This document shows positions 39,864 through 51,969 of a stretch of DNA of 64,000 bases, piece by piece. Origin of the DNA: Acidobacteriota bacterium. Its GTDB lineage: Bacteria > Acidobacteriota > Vicinamibacteria > Vicinamibacterales > UBA8438. The stretch lies in NCBI GenBank assembly GCA_015659035.1, contig DQNS01000041.1, positions 10 through 64,009 of the forward strand. The letters are read 5' to 3'. The notes under the pieces were generated by a model, which did no database searches, was not told where the DNA came from, and was given only the letters and a program-made list of their open reading frames with translations. Position numbers and translations under genes: made by a program. How positions within the stretch are numbered: position 1 is the first letter of the stretch; each line of letters starts with the position of its first letter.

Positions 39864-41279
39864 TTATCCCCCAGAAGGTCTGACTTTCAAGACTAGCACG
39901 CTTGCCGCACCCCGCGTGACCCGAAAATCGTCGCTGACACCCTGCCCCACGACCCAGACGATGCGGTCCTGGGGGTCGAGCACCAGCGGAATCCGGGCTC
40001 GCTCGAAGCGGCTCACCTTGCGGTCGACGAACAGATCCTGGAGCTTTTTCCGGTGCCCCTGGAGGCCGAGTGGCCGAAACCGATCTCCAGGTTGCCAGTT
40101 CCGCACCGCGAACGGACCCGCCGCCGCCACCGCGACCACCCGTTCGGTCCCGTGTTTTCCGGCCGTGTCCGGCCGACAGAGCGGCCGAAAAAGCCCCGGT
40201 CCAGCCGGCTCCGCGCTGATCGTCACGCCGGCCTCGGGGACCTTCACCTCGCCGGGAACCTCCAACCGATAGGCGAACGGCTCGACCCGGGCGACCGCCC
40301 CCCGACCAGCACGGGTGGTCAGGCGGATGACACCCTCGAGCCGCTCGGCCCGGCACCGGGGAAAATCGACCCGCGTGGGGGCGTCCTCGACCAGCCGGCG
40401 GAGCCGCTCGATGTGGTCGAAACCGACTGCGCGCCCGGAGACCCGAACCAGCGCATCGCGCGCGACCCGCCTCCCCAACGCCGGGTGCAGCGCCGCCAAC
40501 CCGGCGGCGTCGATCTCCACACCCCCCGTGGTACTTTGGACGAGATTGGCGCTCGATTCGTTTGCGGCGCGCGCAAGCCACTCCTCGTCGGCTTGCGCGA
40601 TCTCGGCCTCTCGAGCCAGCACCTCGACGACGCGCGGAGAGTACGCCCGCAGCGACGGGATCAGGTCGTGCCGGATCCGGTTGCGGGGCACACCCCGGTC
40701 GAGATTGGATGCATCCTCGCGGAACGACGCCTGCTTTGACGCCAGATACACGCGCAACTCGGTGCGCGAGACCCTCAGCAACGGTCGCACGACCAGACCG
40801 AGACGCGGTCGGATGGCCGAGAACCCGGCGGCGCCGGCCCCCCGCAGCAAACGGAGCAGATAGGTCTCGGCCTGGTCGTCGATCGTGTGACCGAGCGCCA
40901 CCCGGCAGGCGCCGAGACGACCGGCGGCCCGCCCGAAAAACGCGTGACGCGCCCGGTGACCCGCATGCTCGACAGAGATCCGCTCCGACCGCGCCATCTC
41001 GGCGACGTCGGCCGACTCGACGACGAACGGCAGGCCAAACCGGGTTGCCAGATCCCGGCAGAAACGCTCGTCTTCGTCGGAGGTCGGCGGCCGCAGCCGG
41101 TGATTGAAATGCGCCACACCTACCAGTGCGACCGCGTTCCGCTCGGCCAGCTCGGCGAGCAGATGCAGCAGCGCCACCGAGTCTCCGCCGCCCGACACCG
41201 CGGCCAGTACGCGGCCGCCAGGCGGGATCAGCCTCTGTCGACGCACCGACACGAGCACACGCTTGGCGAGTGGGTCCAT
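39864..41279 (-). CDS. tilS: tRNA(Ile)-lysidine synthase
   Basis: PP-loop AAVSGGGDS. Start taken at ATG 41279 (MDPLAKRV), because the longer ORF runs through the tRNA gene. Confidence 0.88.
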   Translation of the reverse strand: MDPLAKRVLVSVRRQRLIPPGGRVLAAVSGGGDSVALLHLLAELAERNAVALVGVAHFNHRLRPPTSDEDERFCRDLATRFGLPFVVESADVAEMARSERISVEHAGHRARHAFFGRAAGRLGACRVALGHTIDDQAETYLLRLLRGAGAAGFSAIRPRLGLVVRPLLRVSRTELRVYLASKQASFREDASNLDRGVPRNRIRHDLIPSLRAYSPRVVEVLAREAEIAQADEEWLARAANESSANLVQSTTGGVEIDAAGLAALHPALGRRVARDALVRVSGRAVGFDHIERLRRLVEDAPTRVDFPRCRAERLEGVIRLTTRAGRGAVARVEPFAYRLEVPGEVKVPEAGVTISAEPAGPGLFRPLCRPDTAGKHGTERVVAVAAAGPFAVRNWQPGDRFRPLGLQGHRKKLQDLFVDRKVSRFERARIPLVLDPQDRIVWVVGQGVSDDFRVTRGAASVLVLKVRPSGG

Positions 41280-41292
41280 GGGTCCGGGAAAA

Positions 41293-41369
41293 TGGTGCCG
41301 GTGCAGGGACTTGAACCCCGGACAACGCGGATATGAGCCGCGTGCTCTAACCAACTGAGCTACACCGGC
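41293..41369 (-). tRNA. tRNA with CAU anticodon (elongator Met or lysidine-dependent Ile2)
   Basis: Reverse complement GCCGGTG-TA-GCTC-AGTTGGTTA-GAGC-A-CGCGG-CTCATAT-CCGCG-TTGTC-CGGGG-TTCAAGT-CCCTG-CACCGGC-A-CCA folds as a full cloverleaf. G1:C72 argues against an initiator tRNA. Confidence 0.9.
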
Positions 41370-41518
41370 GAAGTAACGACGCGGCGCCGCCCTGACGAGC
41401 GTCGGCGCCACATCCCTAGGCTGTGCTTCCTACAGTCCCGCTCCGCGGGGGCTGGCCGCCCGGACGATCGTCGGCGCGCCGAAGCGAACCAGCAGGGGTG
41501 TATTGTATCAACTCTGAC

Positions 41519-41605
41519 AGGCTTCAGGCTTCAGAGAATCGGGTGGCTTCGTACGCCCGTCGAGCGAAACCCCCAGGTTTCTCGTGCCTCCTGACTCCTG
41601 TCGAG
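41519..41605 (+). repeat. R1 family repeat unit (long, degenerate)
   Basis: AGGCTTCAGGCTTCAGAG..GGTGGCTTCG..GTTTCTCGTGCCTCCTGACTCCTGTCGAGC, abutting the queA stop. Confidence 0.6.
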
Positions 41606-41606
41606 C

Positions 41607-42653
41607 TCACAGAATCAACATCGCGTCGCCGTAGCTGTAGAACCGGTAGCCATGTCGTACCGCCTCGGCATAGGCGGCCAGCACCCGCTCCCGCCCGGCG
41701 AAGGCGCTGACGAGCAGCAGCAGCGACGACCGGGGTAGATGAAAGTTGGTGAACAGGGCGCCGGTGACCTGGAACGTCACGCCAGGATACAGGTAGAGGT
41801 CGCTGACACCCCCGCCCACCGGCAGCCGACCGGCCCCAGCCCGAACCGCCGTTTCGAGCGTGCGCGTCGTGGTGGTGCCGACCGCCACGACCCGTCGGCC
41901 CTCATCGATGGCGCGGTTGAGGGTCGCGGCGGTCGCGGCGGGCACGTGGTATGGCTCCGGCTCGACGCGGTGCTCCTCGACACGGTCCACGCGGACCGGC
42001 TGAAACGTGCCGTAGCCGACGTGCAGCGTCACCCGCGCTACGTCGACCCCTCGGTTCCGGACACGCGTCAGCAAGGCGTCGGTCAGATGGAGACCCGCAG
42101 TCGGCGCCGCCACCGAGCCGCGGACCGTGGCATAGACCGTCTGGTAGCGCTCACGGTCGGCCGGCTCATCCGGCCGTTTGATGTAGGGGGGCAGCGGCAC
42201 GTGCCCGAGCGTGTCGATCGCCGCGTCGACCGGGGACCCGTCTTCAACCCAGAGCCGGATCGTGCGACGTCCATGGAACCGACGCGCAAGCACTTCGCCG
42301 CGCAGCCGGAGCCCGTCCCGCTCGAACACGACGGCGGCGCCAACCCGCAGCTTCTGCCCCGGATGCATCAGGGCATCCCACTGCTCCGCATCGAGTCGTC
42401 TCAGGAGCAGACACTCGACCGCGCCACCACTCGGCACGCGACGGCCGAGCAGCCGCGCAGGGAACACGCGGGTGTCGTTGACGACGAGCAGGTCGCCCGG
42501 CGTCAGCAACTCGGGCAGATCGGCGACCGTCCGGTGGCACACGGTGCCGCGGTCGCGGTCGAGCACCAGCAACCGGGCCGCCTCACGGTCCGGCGTCGGA
42601 GTCTGCGCGATGCGGTCTGCCGGCAGCTCGAAATCGAAATCGGAGAGAAGCAT
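41607..42653 (-). CDS. queA: S-adenosylmethionine:tRNA ribosyltransferase-isomerase
   Basis: MLLSDFDFELPADRIAQTP N-terminus and C-terminal FYSYGDAMLI. Confidence 0.93.
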   Translation of the reverse strand: MLLSDFDFELPADRIAQTPTPDREAARLLVLDRDRGTVCHRTVADLPELLTPGDLLVVNDTRVFPARLLGRRVPSGGAVECLLLRRLDAEQWDALMHPGQKLRVGAAVVFERDGLRLRGEVLARRFHGRRTIRLWVEDGSPVDAAIDTLGHVPLPPYIKRPDEPADRERYQTVYATVRGSVAAPTAGLHLTDALLTRVRNRGVDVARVTLHVGYGTFQPVRVDRVEEHRVEPEPYHVPAATAATLNRAIDEGRRVVAVGTTTTRTLETAVRAGAGRLPVGGGVSDLYLYPGVTFQVTGALFTNFHLPRSSLLLLVSAFAGRERVLAAYAEAVRHGYRFYSYGDAMLIL

Positions 42654-42799
42654 GGAGGATCGCACGCGGCTCGGTACGCTCTCCGCGTCGCGAAGGCGAT
42701 GGCTTTGGGCGCTCTGGAGCTACGCTCATCGAGGGTCGCACGCGACTCGTAGGCCCGCCGCGTCGCGAAGGCTATGGGCTAAAGCCGGCAGAACAGTCT

Positions 42800-43837
42800 C
42801 TAGTAGGCCCACCGCAGGAGCACGGCGCCGACGGTGAATCCGGCGCCAACCGAGGCGAGCAGCACCAGGTTGCCCTTCTTCAGCCGCCCGGCGGCAAGCG
42901 CGTCGGCCAGCGCCAGCGGGATGGTTGCGCCGGTGGTGTTGCCGTACCGATCGATGTTGATGACGACCTTCTCGTCAGGCAGGCCAAGCTGGTCGGCGGC
43001 GCCCTTGATGATCCGCCGGTTCGCCTGATGTGACACAAAGAGATCGACGTCGGTCGGCTGCAACTGGTTCCGCTCGAGAATGCGACGGCTGATCTCGCTG
43101 GTCTTGCGGACGGCGAATTTGAAGACGGCCGCACCGTCCTGATGCACGTAGTGCAGCCGCTGGTCGATCGTCTCGTGGGAGGCCGGCAACCGGCTGCCCC
43201 CGGCCGGCATTCGGAGCGCATGCCCGCCGCTGCCGTCCACCTCGTGGACAAAATCGATGATGCTCAGCTCCGGGTCTACCGCGGGTGACATGACGACCGC
43301 CCCCGCGCCGTCACCGAAGATCACACAGGTGGCGCGATCCTCATAGTCGATGATCCGGGACATGACGTCGGCCCCGATGGCGAGCACCTGCTCGTGCGTC
43401 CCGGTGGCCACCAGCTGCAGAGCGGTCGTCAGAGCGTACGTGAACCCGGAACAGGCGGCGCCCAGATCGAACCCCCAGGCCGCGCCGGCGCCGATCTTGT
43501 CCTGGACCAGACAGGCGGTGCTCGGGAAGAACATGTCCGGCGTGGTCGTCCCGACCACGAGAAACTCGATGTCGGACGGGGTCAGATGAGCCTGGGCGAT
43601 CGCACCCCGCGCCGCCTCGGCCGCCAGATCCGACGTCGCCACGCCGGCGTCGGCGATGTGGCGCTCGCGGACACCGGTGCGCTTGAGGATCCACTCGTCC
43701 GACGTGTCGACCATCGCCTCGAGGTCGCTGTTGGTCAGCACCCGCGGTGGCACAGAGATAGCCAGCGAGGAGATCTGTACCCGCCGGACTACCCGCACCC
43801 GACCGTCGCCCGGTCGGCTCGATGCCGCGTCGTTCAT
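42800..43837 (-). CDS. fabH: 3-oxoacyl-ACP synthase III
   Basis: DEWILKRTGVRERH, active-site AACSGF, and GNTTGATIPLAL motifs. Confidence 0.92.
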   Translation of the reverse strand: MNDAASSRPGDGRVRVVRRVQISSLAISVPPRVLTNSDLEAMVDTSDEWILKRTGVRERHIADAGVATSDLAAEAARGAIAQAHLTPSDIEFLVVGTTTPDMFFPSTACLVQDKIGAGAAWGFDLGAACSGFTYALTTALQLVATGTHEQVLAIGADVMSRIIDYEDRATCVIFGDGAGAVVMSPAVDPELSIIDFVHEVDGSGGHALRMPAGGSRLPASHETIDQRLHYVHQDGAAVFKFAVRKTSEISRRILERNQLQPTDVDLFVSHQANRRIIKGAADQLGLPDEKVVINIDRYGNTTGATIPLALADALAAGRLKKGNLVLLASVGAGFTVGAVLLRWAY

Positions 43838-43937
43838 CTAGCGAAGCTCCGCCTTAAGCCATCTAGCGGAATGAGACTCGACACCGCCGGCTCCGCTTCG
43901 CCAGATAGCATCTATCACAGCCCCGCTACGCGGGGCT
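43838..43937 (+). repeat. R2 family repeat unit
   Basis: Starts directly next to the fabH start codon. Reads CTAGCGAAGCTCCGCCTTAAGCC..GGCTCCGCTTCGCCAGATAG..AGCCCCGCTACGCGGGGCT. Confidence 0.8.
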
Positions 43938-44011
43938 AACCGTGGTGTGCCGGCGAAGTGTACACCCTTTGACCGATCGGGCACGGCTAGGGCTCCTCCT
44001 TGCTCCCTGCG

Positions 44012-45043
44012 CTACCAGAGCCGGCCCTCGCGGTCCGGCGCCGGCAAGCCGAAGTAGTCGTAGGCGCGGGCGGTCGCCACCCGCCCACGCGGAGTGCGGT
44101 CGAGAAACCCGATCTGGATCAGGAACGGCTCGTAGATATCCTCGATCGCCTCTTTCTCCTCGCTGATGGCGGCGGCGATGCTGTTCAACCCGACCGGCCC
44201 ACCCCCAAACTTGTCGATGATGGCGCGCAGCAGCCGCCGGTCCGCCTCGTCGAACCCGTTGCTGTCCACCTCGAGCAACTCCAGCGCCCGCAGGGCCACC
44301 GACTGGGTAATCGCGCCGTCGGCCCGCACCTCGGCGAAGTCCCGCACTCTCCGCAGCAACCGGTTGGCGACCCGCGGTGTCCCGCGCGAGCGGCGCGCAA
44401 TCTCGGCGGTCGCGTCGTCGTCGATCGGCACCCCGAAGATCCCGGCCGACCGCCCCACGATCTCCTGGATGTCCACATCGCGGTAGAAGTCCAGACGGTG
44501 CACGATGCCGAACCGGGCGCGGAGCGGCGCTGTGAGGAGCCCAGCCCGGGTCGTCGCGCCGATCAACGTGAACCGCTGCACGGGCACCTTGACCGACCGT
44601 GCGCCCGGGCCCTGGCCAATGACGATGTCGAGCTCGTAGTCCTCCATCGCCGGATAGAGAATCTCCTCGATGACCGGGCTCATCCTGTGGATCTCGTCGA
44701 TGAACAGCACCTCGTGCTCTTTGAGATTGGTCAGGATCGCGGCCAGGTCGCCCGGCTTCTCGAGCACGGGCCCAGCCGTCGTCCGAATCGGCACGCCGAG
44801 CTCGTTGGCGATGACATACGCCAGGGTGGTCTTACCGAGCCCCGGCGGACCGTAGAGCAGCACATGGTCGAGCGCCTCGCCACGCTGGCGTGTCGCCGCA
44901 ATCGAGACCTCGAGGTTCTCGCGCAGCCGCTCCTGGCCGATATAGGCGTCGAGGGTCCGCGGGCGCAGCCCCGCCTCGAACTGGTCGTCGTCGCCCAGCC
45001 GGACGGAGCTGACCACGCGGCTTGGTGAGACCTCGTCGCTCAT
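44012..45043 (-). CDS. ruvB: Holliday junction branch migration helicase RuvB
   Basis: Walker [10 protein letters not shown] and full-length RuvB-like sequence. Confidence 0.97.
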   Translation of the reverse strand: MSDEVSPSRVVSSVRLGDDDQFEAGLRPRTLDAYIGQERLRENLEVSIAATRQRGEALDHVLLYGPPGLGKTTLAYVIANELGVPIRTTAGPVLEKPGDLAAILTNLKEHEVLFIDEIHRMSPVIEEILYPAMEDYELDIVIGQGPGARSVKVPVQRFTLIGATTRAGLLTAPLRARFGIVHRLDFYRDVDIQEIVGRSAGIFGVPIDDDATAEIARRSRGTPRVANRLLRRVRDFAEVRADGAITQSVALRALELLEVDSNGFDEADRRLLRAIIDKFGGGPVGLNSIAAAISEEKEAIEDIYEPFLIQIGFLDRTPRGRVATARAYDYFGLPAPDREGRLW

Positions 45044-45636
45044 CGGGCGAGCTCCTTCAGCGCCTGTCTCAGAGTCTGCTGAAACGTGCCGTCCCCGGCC
45101 TTGAGCGCGGCGCTCACGGCGCGTTCCGCCAGCGGCCGGTGATAGCCGAGGTTCAGCAGCGCCGATAGCAGGTCGGCCCGCATATCGGTCTCGCCTACCA
45201 CGAGGTCCAGACCGCCGGATTCGAGATCGAGCCCCGCCGACAGCCGATCCTTCAGCTCCAGCCCGATCCGCTCGGCGGTCTTCTTGCCGACGCCTGGGAT
45301 CCCCGTCAGCCGCGCCACGTCCCCCTGGCGCACGGCCCGCACGAGGTCGGCCGACTCGATCCCGGACAGCACCCCGAGCGCGAGCCGCGGACCGATGCCG
45401 GTGATCCCGATCAACCGCTGGAAGAGCTGCAGCTCGAGCAGGGTCGCGAACCCGAACAGCGCGAGTGTGTCCTCCCGGACCTGGGTATGCACGCGGAAGA
45501 CCACATCAGACCCCGGCTCACCCAGCCCGTAGAACGTCGACAACGGGACGTGCACGTCATAGCCGACACCTTGGACATCAACGATCACCCGGTTCGGGTG
45601 TTTCTCAACCAGCCGGCCGCGGAGCTGCGCGATCAT
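45040..45636 (-). CDS. ruvA: Holliday junction DNA-binding protein RuvA
   Basis: [27 protein letters not shown] and HhH motif [13 protein letters not shown]. Start at ATG 45636. Confidence 0.95.
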   Translation of the reverse strand: MIAQLRGRLVEKHPNRVIVDVQGVGYDVHVPLSTFYGLGEPGSDVVFRVHTQVREDTLALFGFATLLELQLFQRLIGITGIGPRLALGVLSGIESADLVRAVRQGDVARLTGIPGVGKKTAERIGLELKDRLSAGLDLESGGLDLVVGETDMRADLLSALLNLGYHRPLAERAVSAALKAGDGTFQQTLRQALKELAR

Positions 45637-45640
45637 CCGC

Positions 45641-46183
45641 TCACCCCTGCGGACGATACTGGCGCCAGCTCCGGACACCGCCGCGCCCGACCGAGCGCGC
45701 GGCCGCCAGCGGGGACGACGTGGTGTGGGCATGACAAACCGCGAGAGCCAGGGCGTCCGACACGTCGTACGGGGCCGGCGCCTCATCGAGTCCGAGCAAC
45801 AGCGCGACCATCTGCTGGACCTGTCTCTTGTCCGCCCGTCCATACCCCACGACGGCGCGCTTGACCTCGGTGGGGGCGTACTCGGCAACCGGCAGCCCCG
45901 CCTTGGACGCAGCCAGCATGGCCACGCCCCGGACATGCCCCAACTTCAACGCGCTGCTGGCATTACGGGCGAAAAAGACCTCCTCGATCGCCACGCACGC
46001 GGGTCGGTGCCGGGCCAGCAGCGACGCCAGCTCGTCGTAAACGCGGGTCAGCTTGTCCGAAAACGGGGTACGCGCAGGCACCGTGATGGCGCCGCAGACC
46101 ACGACACGGCATCGGCTGCCATCGGTGTCGATGCAACCATACCCGGTGCGCCGGGAGCCGGGGTCGATCCCGAAGATCCTCAC
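45641..46183 (-). CDS. ruvC: crossover junction endodeoxyribonuclease RuvC
   Basis: MRIFGIDPGSRRTGYG N-terminus. Confidence 0.95.
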   Translation of the reverse strand: MRIFGIDPGSRRTGYGCIDTDGSRCRVVVCGAITVPARTPFSDKLTRVYDELASLLARHRPACVAIEEVFFARNASSALKLGHVRGVAMLAASKAGLPVAEYAPTEVKRAVVGYGRADKRQVQQMVALLLGLDEAPAPYDVSDALALAVCHAHTTSSPLAAARSVGRGGVRSWRQYRPQG

Positions 46184-46929
46184 GCGAGCGAGGCCTCGAT
46201 CTCCTTTTCGCTGATGTCGACGTTCGACCAGACGTGCCGGATGTCGTCCAGATCCTCGAGCGCGCCCATCAGCTTCAACATCTGCTGGGCCGGCTTCCCC
46301 TCGAGCGTGACGAAGCTCTGAGGCAGCATCGCGACCTGAGCCGCCGCCGGCTCAACCCCGAGCGCCCGGACCGCCTCGGCGACCGCGTCAAACGTCTCGG
46401 GCGTGCTGATGATCTCCCAGCTTCCGTCCTCGTCGCGGAAGTCCTCGGCGCCGGCGTCGATGGCGGCGGTCATCAGCGTCTCCTCGTCGGCACTCTCCTT
46501 CTCCACCAGGATGTAGCCCCGCTTGTCGAACATCCAGGCCACGCTGTTCGTCGAGCCGAGATTGCCGCCGTGCTTGGTCAGCAGATGCCGGACCTCGCTG
46601 ACGGCCCGGTTCTTGTTGTCGGTCAACACCTCGAGCAGCAGCGCCACACCGCCCGGCCCGTAGCCTTCGTAGATGATCTCGTCGTAGCTCACCCCGGGCT
46701 CCTCGCCCGTGCCTCGACGAATCGCGCGCTTGATGTTGTCGGCCGGCATGTTGCCCGCCTTGGCGTCGGCGATCACGGTCCGCAACCGGGGGTTGCAGTC
46801 TGGATCGCCCCCACCGTCACGCGCGGCAACGGTGAGTTCCTTGATGATGCGTGTGAACAGCTTGCCGCGCTTGGCGTCGGCCGCGCCCTTCTTGTGCTTG
46901 ATCGAATGCCACTTGGAATGGCCGGACAT
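46180..46929 (-). CDS. yebC: YebC/PmpR family DNA-binding regulator
   Basis: MSGHSKWHSIKHKKGAADAKRGKLFT N-terminus. Confidence 0.95.
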   Translation of the reverse strand: MSGHSKWHSIKHKKGAADAKRGKLFTRIIKELTVAARDGGGDPDCNPRLRTVIADAKAGNMPADNIKRAIRRGTGEEPGVSYDEIIYEGYGPGGVALLLEVLTDNKNRAVSEVRHLLTKHGGNLGSTNSVAWMFDKRGYILVEKESADEETLMTAAIDAGAEDFRDEDGSWEIISTPETFDAVAEAVRALGVEPAAAQVAMLPQSFVTLEGKPAQQMLKLMGALEDLDDIRHVWSNVDISEKEIEASLA

Positions 46930-47041
46930 GGCAGGGCTCCGTCAGTGTGCGAGAGGGAGATCGCCGGAATTCTATCACGACCGGTTCCTGGGCCAGGCCC
47001 GGGCGCCACGTCGTAACCGTCCCGGCGGCGCGGACAGGACA

Positions 47042-47812
47042 CTAGCCCTTTCGCGCCAGGACGATCCAGGTCTCGGCCTCCCGGTGCCACTCACCACCGG
47101 TGTAGTCACCCAACACCGTCTCGATGGTGAACCCGGCGCGGCGCAGCCTCCCCCTCATCTGCCGCACCGACAAGGTGCGAAACACCAGCGAGAACCGATG
47201 CGCGGTCCGCATGTGGCCGCGCCGCTCGACGAACTCCTGGTCGAAGATGGTCAGCCGTCTGGACCAGTCCTGTCTGACGGACTCGATGAGGCTGATCCGG
47301 ACCGCGCCGCCGCGACCGCGTCCCCGTAGACTGACGCGGCGGGCGTATTCGCTCCATCGCGGGAGGTCCGGGACGAGGTCCATGGCGAAGGTCCCGCCCC
47401 GCCGGAGCACGCCGAAGACCGAGCGCAACGTGTCCCGTAGGTCGCGGTCGCGCAACAGGGACTGCAGCATGCCGTAAGGCGCCATCACCAGCCGAAACCG
47501 ACTCGCCCCCCGGAACGGCAACGACCGGACGTCCCCCCGCACGAGTCGCAGCAGAGTACCCCGTCCACCGCGCCGGAGCCGGCGCTGGGCCTGGCGAAGC
47601 ATCGCGTCCGACCGGTCGATGCCGACGACCCGGTCCACCGTCCTGGCGACCGGCACCGCCACGCGACCGGTGCCGCACCCCAGTTCGAGCACCGGTCCAC
47701 CACACTGCTCCGCCAGCCGCTGCCAGAACCGGATGTCCCTGCGCCCGACCGTGCGCGCGTTCTCCCAGTCGTAGAACGGCGCGTAGTCGTCCCAGCCGTG
47801 CCAGCCTTCCAT
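47042..47812 (-). CDS. class I SAM-dependent methyltransferase
   Basis: VLELGCGTGR motif I. Start taken at ATG 47812 (MEGWHGWDDYAPFYD). Confidence 0.8.
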   Translation of the reverse strand: MEGWHGWDDYAPFYDWENARTVGRRDIRFWQRLAEQCGGPVLELGCGTGRVAVPVARTVDRVVGIDRSDAMLRQAQRRLRRGGRGTLLRLVRGDVRSLPFRGASRFRLVMAPYGMLQSLLRDRDLRDTLRSVFGVLRRGGTFAMDLVPDLPRWSEYARRVSLRGRGRGGAVRISLIESVRQDWSRRLTIFDQEFVERRGHMRTAHRFSLVFRTLSVRQMRGRLRRAGFTIETVLGDYTGGEWHREAETWIVLARKG

Positions 47813-47857
47813 GTCGTGGGTCTCAGTGTGGCAAAGTATCATAAGGGTTACGTCGTC

Positions 47858-48364
47858 ATGTCCCTCATCCCTGACTGGGCGCCCAATCTGCACCCGCTGC
47901 TCGTGCATTTCCCGGTGACGCTCCTGGCCGGCGCCGTGGCGGTGGACATGGCGAGCCTGCTGATGCCGGCCAGGCCGGTCCTCCGAGACACCGCCACCCT
48001 GTTCTATTGCGCCGGGGCGTTCATGGCGATGGCCGCGTATTTCAGCGGGCTGAGCGCCGCCCAGGGGACGCCGGTATCCCCCGAGGAGAGCGCGGCGGTG
48101 ACCGCGCACTTCACCTGGGCCGATCGCACGACGTGGTTCTTTGTCTTCTTCGCCTCGCTCCGGATGGCGTTCTCCTACATCTGGCGACCGCCCGCCCGCT
48201 GGGCGGCGGTCGTGGCGTTTGTGGTGGCGCTGGGGGGTGTCGGGTTGCTGCTGGTGACCGCCGAGCATGGAGGTCGGCTCGTGTTCCACCACGGTCTCGG
48301 TGTCGCCACGGTGCCATCCTCCAGCGGACAACCGTGGACCATGCCGGACCGCCCACCCATTTAG
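47858..48364 (+). CDS. DUF2231-like integral membrane protein
   Basis: LHPLLVHFPVTLL N-terminal motif and four hydrophobic segments. Confidence 0.65.
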   Translation: MSLIPDWAPNLHPLLVHFPVTLLAGAVAVDMASLLMPARPVLRDTATLFYCAGAFMAMAAYFSGLSAAQGTPVSPEESAAVTAHFTWADRTTWFFVFFASLRMAFSYIWRPPARWAAVVAFVVALGGVGLLLVTAEHGGRLVFHHGLGVATVPSSSGQPWTMPDRPPI

Positions 48365-48846
48365 GCGGGGTCCGGATCCAGCTGATGCGCCATGGGAGTG
48401 AAGATGATCCCGTTGACCGAGCGCTCGGGCCCGGTTTGTCGAAACCCGAGCTTCTCGTAGATTGGCACCCCAAATCGGGATGAGTTGACCGTGACGCGGT
48501 CGAGACCCGGCTTCGCGGGACGGGCCACCGACAGCGCGCGCATGAGCAGCTCACGCGCAAGGCCGTGACGCTGAAACCGGCTGTCCACGAACAGCAGCGA
48601 GACGTGGTCGTTGTCGCGTAACTCGATGACACCGGCGGGACGCTCGCCGGCCAGTGCCACCAGCACGAAGTGGTTCGACCGTGACCGATCGATGATCGCC
48701 TCGGGCCGGACAAACCGCGCGAACTCCGCGCGGCCCTCGTCCGAGTACTCCCCCGCGATGAACTCGCCGAACGAGTCGAGGATGAGCCGCGACACCGCTT
48801 TCGCGTCGGCCGGCTCCATCGGACGGTAGACGATCGGGTCGGTCAT
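48361..48846 (-). CDS. GNAT family N-acetyltransferase
   Basis: Acetyl-CoA binding motif FQRHGLAREL. Confidence 0.8.
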   Translation of the reverse strand: MTDPIVYRPMEPADAKAVSRLILDSFGEFIAGEYSDEGRAEFARFVRPEAIIDRSRSNHFVLVALAGERPAGVIELRDNDHVSLLFVDSRFQRHGLARELLMRALSVARPAKPGLDRVTVNSSRFGVPIYEKLGFRQTGPERSVNGIIFTPMAHQLDPDPA

Positions 48847-48870
48847 CTAGCGAAGCTCCGCTTCAAACGG
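48847..48870 (+). repeat. R2 family partial copy (5' block only)
   Basis: CTAGCGAAGCTCCGCTTCAAACGG directly abutting the GNAT start codon. Confidence 0.6.
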
Positions 48871-48883
48871 TTTGCACGCTCTC

Positions 48884-49306
48884 TCACCGGTCAGGCACGG
48901 CTAGCGTCTTCAGATAGTTGACGAGATGCCAGATATCCTCATCGCTGAGCCGGTTTGCATAGGGCTGCATGTCGGCTGTGACCCCGTCCCTGATGACGAG
49001 GAACATCTCGCCGTCGCTCGGCCCGTGCAGCCAGACGTCGTCGGTAAAGTCCGGCACCTCGCCGCCCGCATGCGCCATGTCCCCGTCACCGAGCCCGCGG
49101 TTCCCGTGGCACTCGCGGCACATGAACACGTACCGCTGCCTGCCGGTCGACACCGAGTCCCGGGTCGAGGGTACCGGGTTCTCAAGTGCCTGCCCCTCCG
49201 CATGCCGGTGCGGCTCCGGGGGGTGGGTCTGCATGCCGGCTGCGGTGACGACTGCGGCACCGACGACACCGAGCACGACGGCCAGTCGCACGCAGTCATC
49301 GATCAT
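48884..49306 (-). CDS. exported monoheme c-type cytochrome
   Basis: CRECHG heme-binding motif and an N-terminal hydrophobic signal. Start at ATG 49306. Confidence 0.8.
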   Translation of the reverse strand: MIDDCVRLAVVLGVVGAAVVTAAGMQTHPPEPHRHAEGQALENPVPSTRDSVSTGRQRYVFMCRECHGNRGLGDGDMAHAGGEVPDFTDDVWLHGPSDGEMFLVIRDGVTADMQPYANRLSDEDIWHLVNYLKTLAVPDR

Positions 49307-49317
49307 CAACTCTCCAT

Positions 49318-49920
49318 CTACTCTTCCGGCGCGTCGAAACTCTCCCACATGTACTCGGGGTGATACGCGTGGAGATACACGAAAATCTCGTGTACGAGGT
49401 TGACCACCCGGTTGACGCCGTACTCGTGGTGGTTGCGTGTCGCCACGAGCTCCAGCGACACGGCGCCGCGGGACAGCACACACCGTATCCTGGCGCGGCG
49501 GCGGTCAACCCGTCGGTGCGCCGGCAGGCGCGGAGAGGCGCGACCGGAGACGAACGCCTGCAGGTCCCGATGAAGCGGCGAGCGCGCCGTCACGTCGGGC
49601 AGCAGGTTCCGGAACACGAAGGTCCCGGTCGTGGGCGTGTAGACAAGCGACACCGGCCGCGTCCCCAACCACGAGAATCGGAACCGGTATCGCCCGGCGG
49701 CCGGAGACTGCTCGCTGAACCCGCGGAACACCCCACGATCGGCGTAGCCCTGGAGCCGCTCCCGCACCACCGCCAACGACCGCGCCGGTGTCAGCCGAGG
49801 TCTCGCCGGCCGGCGCTCGGCCCCCGCCGGACTAGGCTGGGCCAGGCCCCGGCGCGACGCGCGCCCGCGTGGTGTGGATCCGGCCGACGGCCGACGAGCT
49901 GTCACGATGTCACAGATCAC
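49318..49920 (-). CDS. hypothetical protein
   Basis: ORF with coding-like composition in its C-terminal two thirds (..FVFRNLLPDV..HHEYGVNRVVNLVHEIFVYLHAYHPEYMWESF). No family recognised and start uncertain. Confidence 0.5.
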   Translation of the reverse strand: MICDIVTARRPSAGSTPRGRASRRGLAQPSPAGAERRPARPRLTPARSLAVVRERLQGYADRGVFRGFSEQSPAAGRYRFRFSWLGTRPVSLVYTPTTGTFVFRNLLPDVTARSPLHRDLQAFVSGRASPRLPAHRRVDRRRARIRCVLSRGAVSLELVATRNHHEYGVNRVVNLVHEIFVYLHAYHPEYMWESFDAPEE

Positions 49921-49927
49921 TGAAGAA

Positions 49928-49972
49928 GCGGCGAAGCCCTCCGGTTTCTCCTGTCTCCTGCCTCCTTCGAGC
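49928..49972 (+). repeat. R1 family repeat unit
   Basis: GCGGCGAAGCCCTCCGGTTTCTCCTGTCTCCTGCCTCCTTCGAGC. Confidence 0.75.
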
Positions 49973-49973
49973 G

Positions 49974-51905
<1,932 letters not shown>

Positions 51906-51969
51906 ATCCTGTCTCCTGCTGAATCGTGTCACCGAGAATGGCACGCGAGCGGCGTCGAGTGCAAGCCCG

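Noticed and set aside
39864-41411. Long form of the tilS ORF, starting at 41411.
   Set aside because: The first 44 or so codons read straight through the tRNA-CAU gene (41293-41369). The PP-loop protein begins plausibly at ATG 41279.
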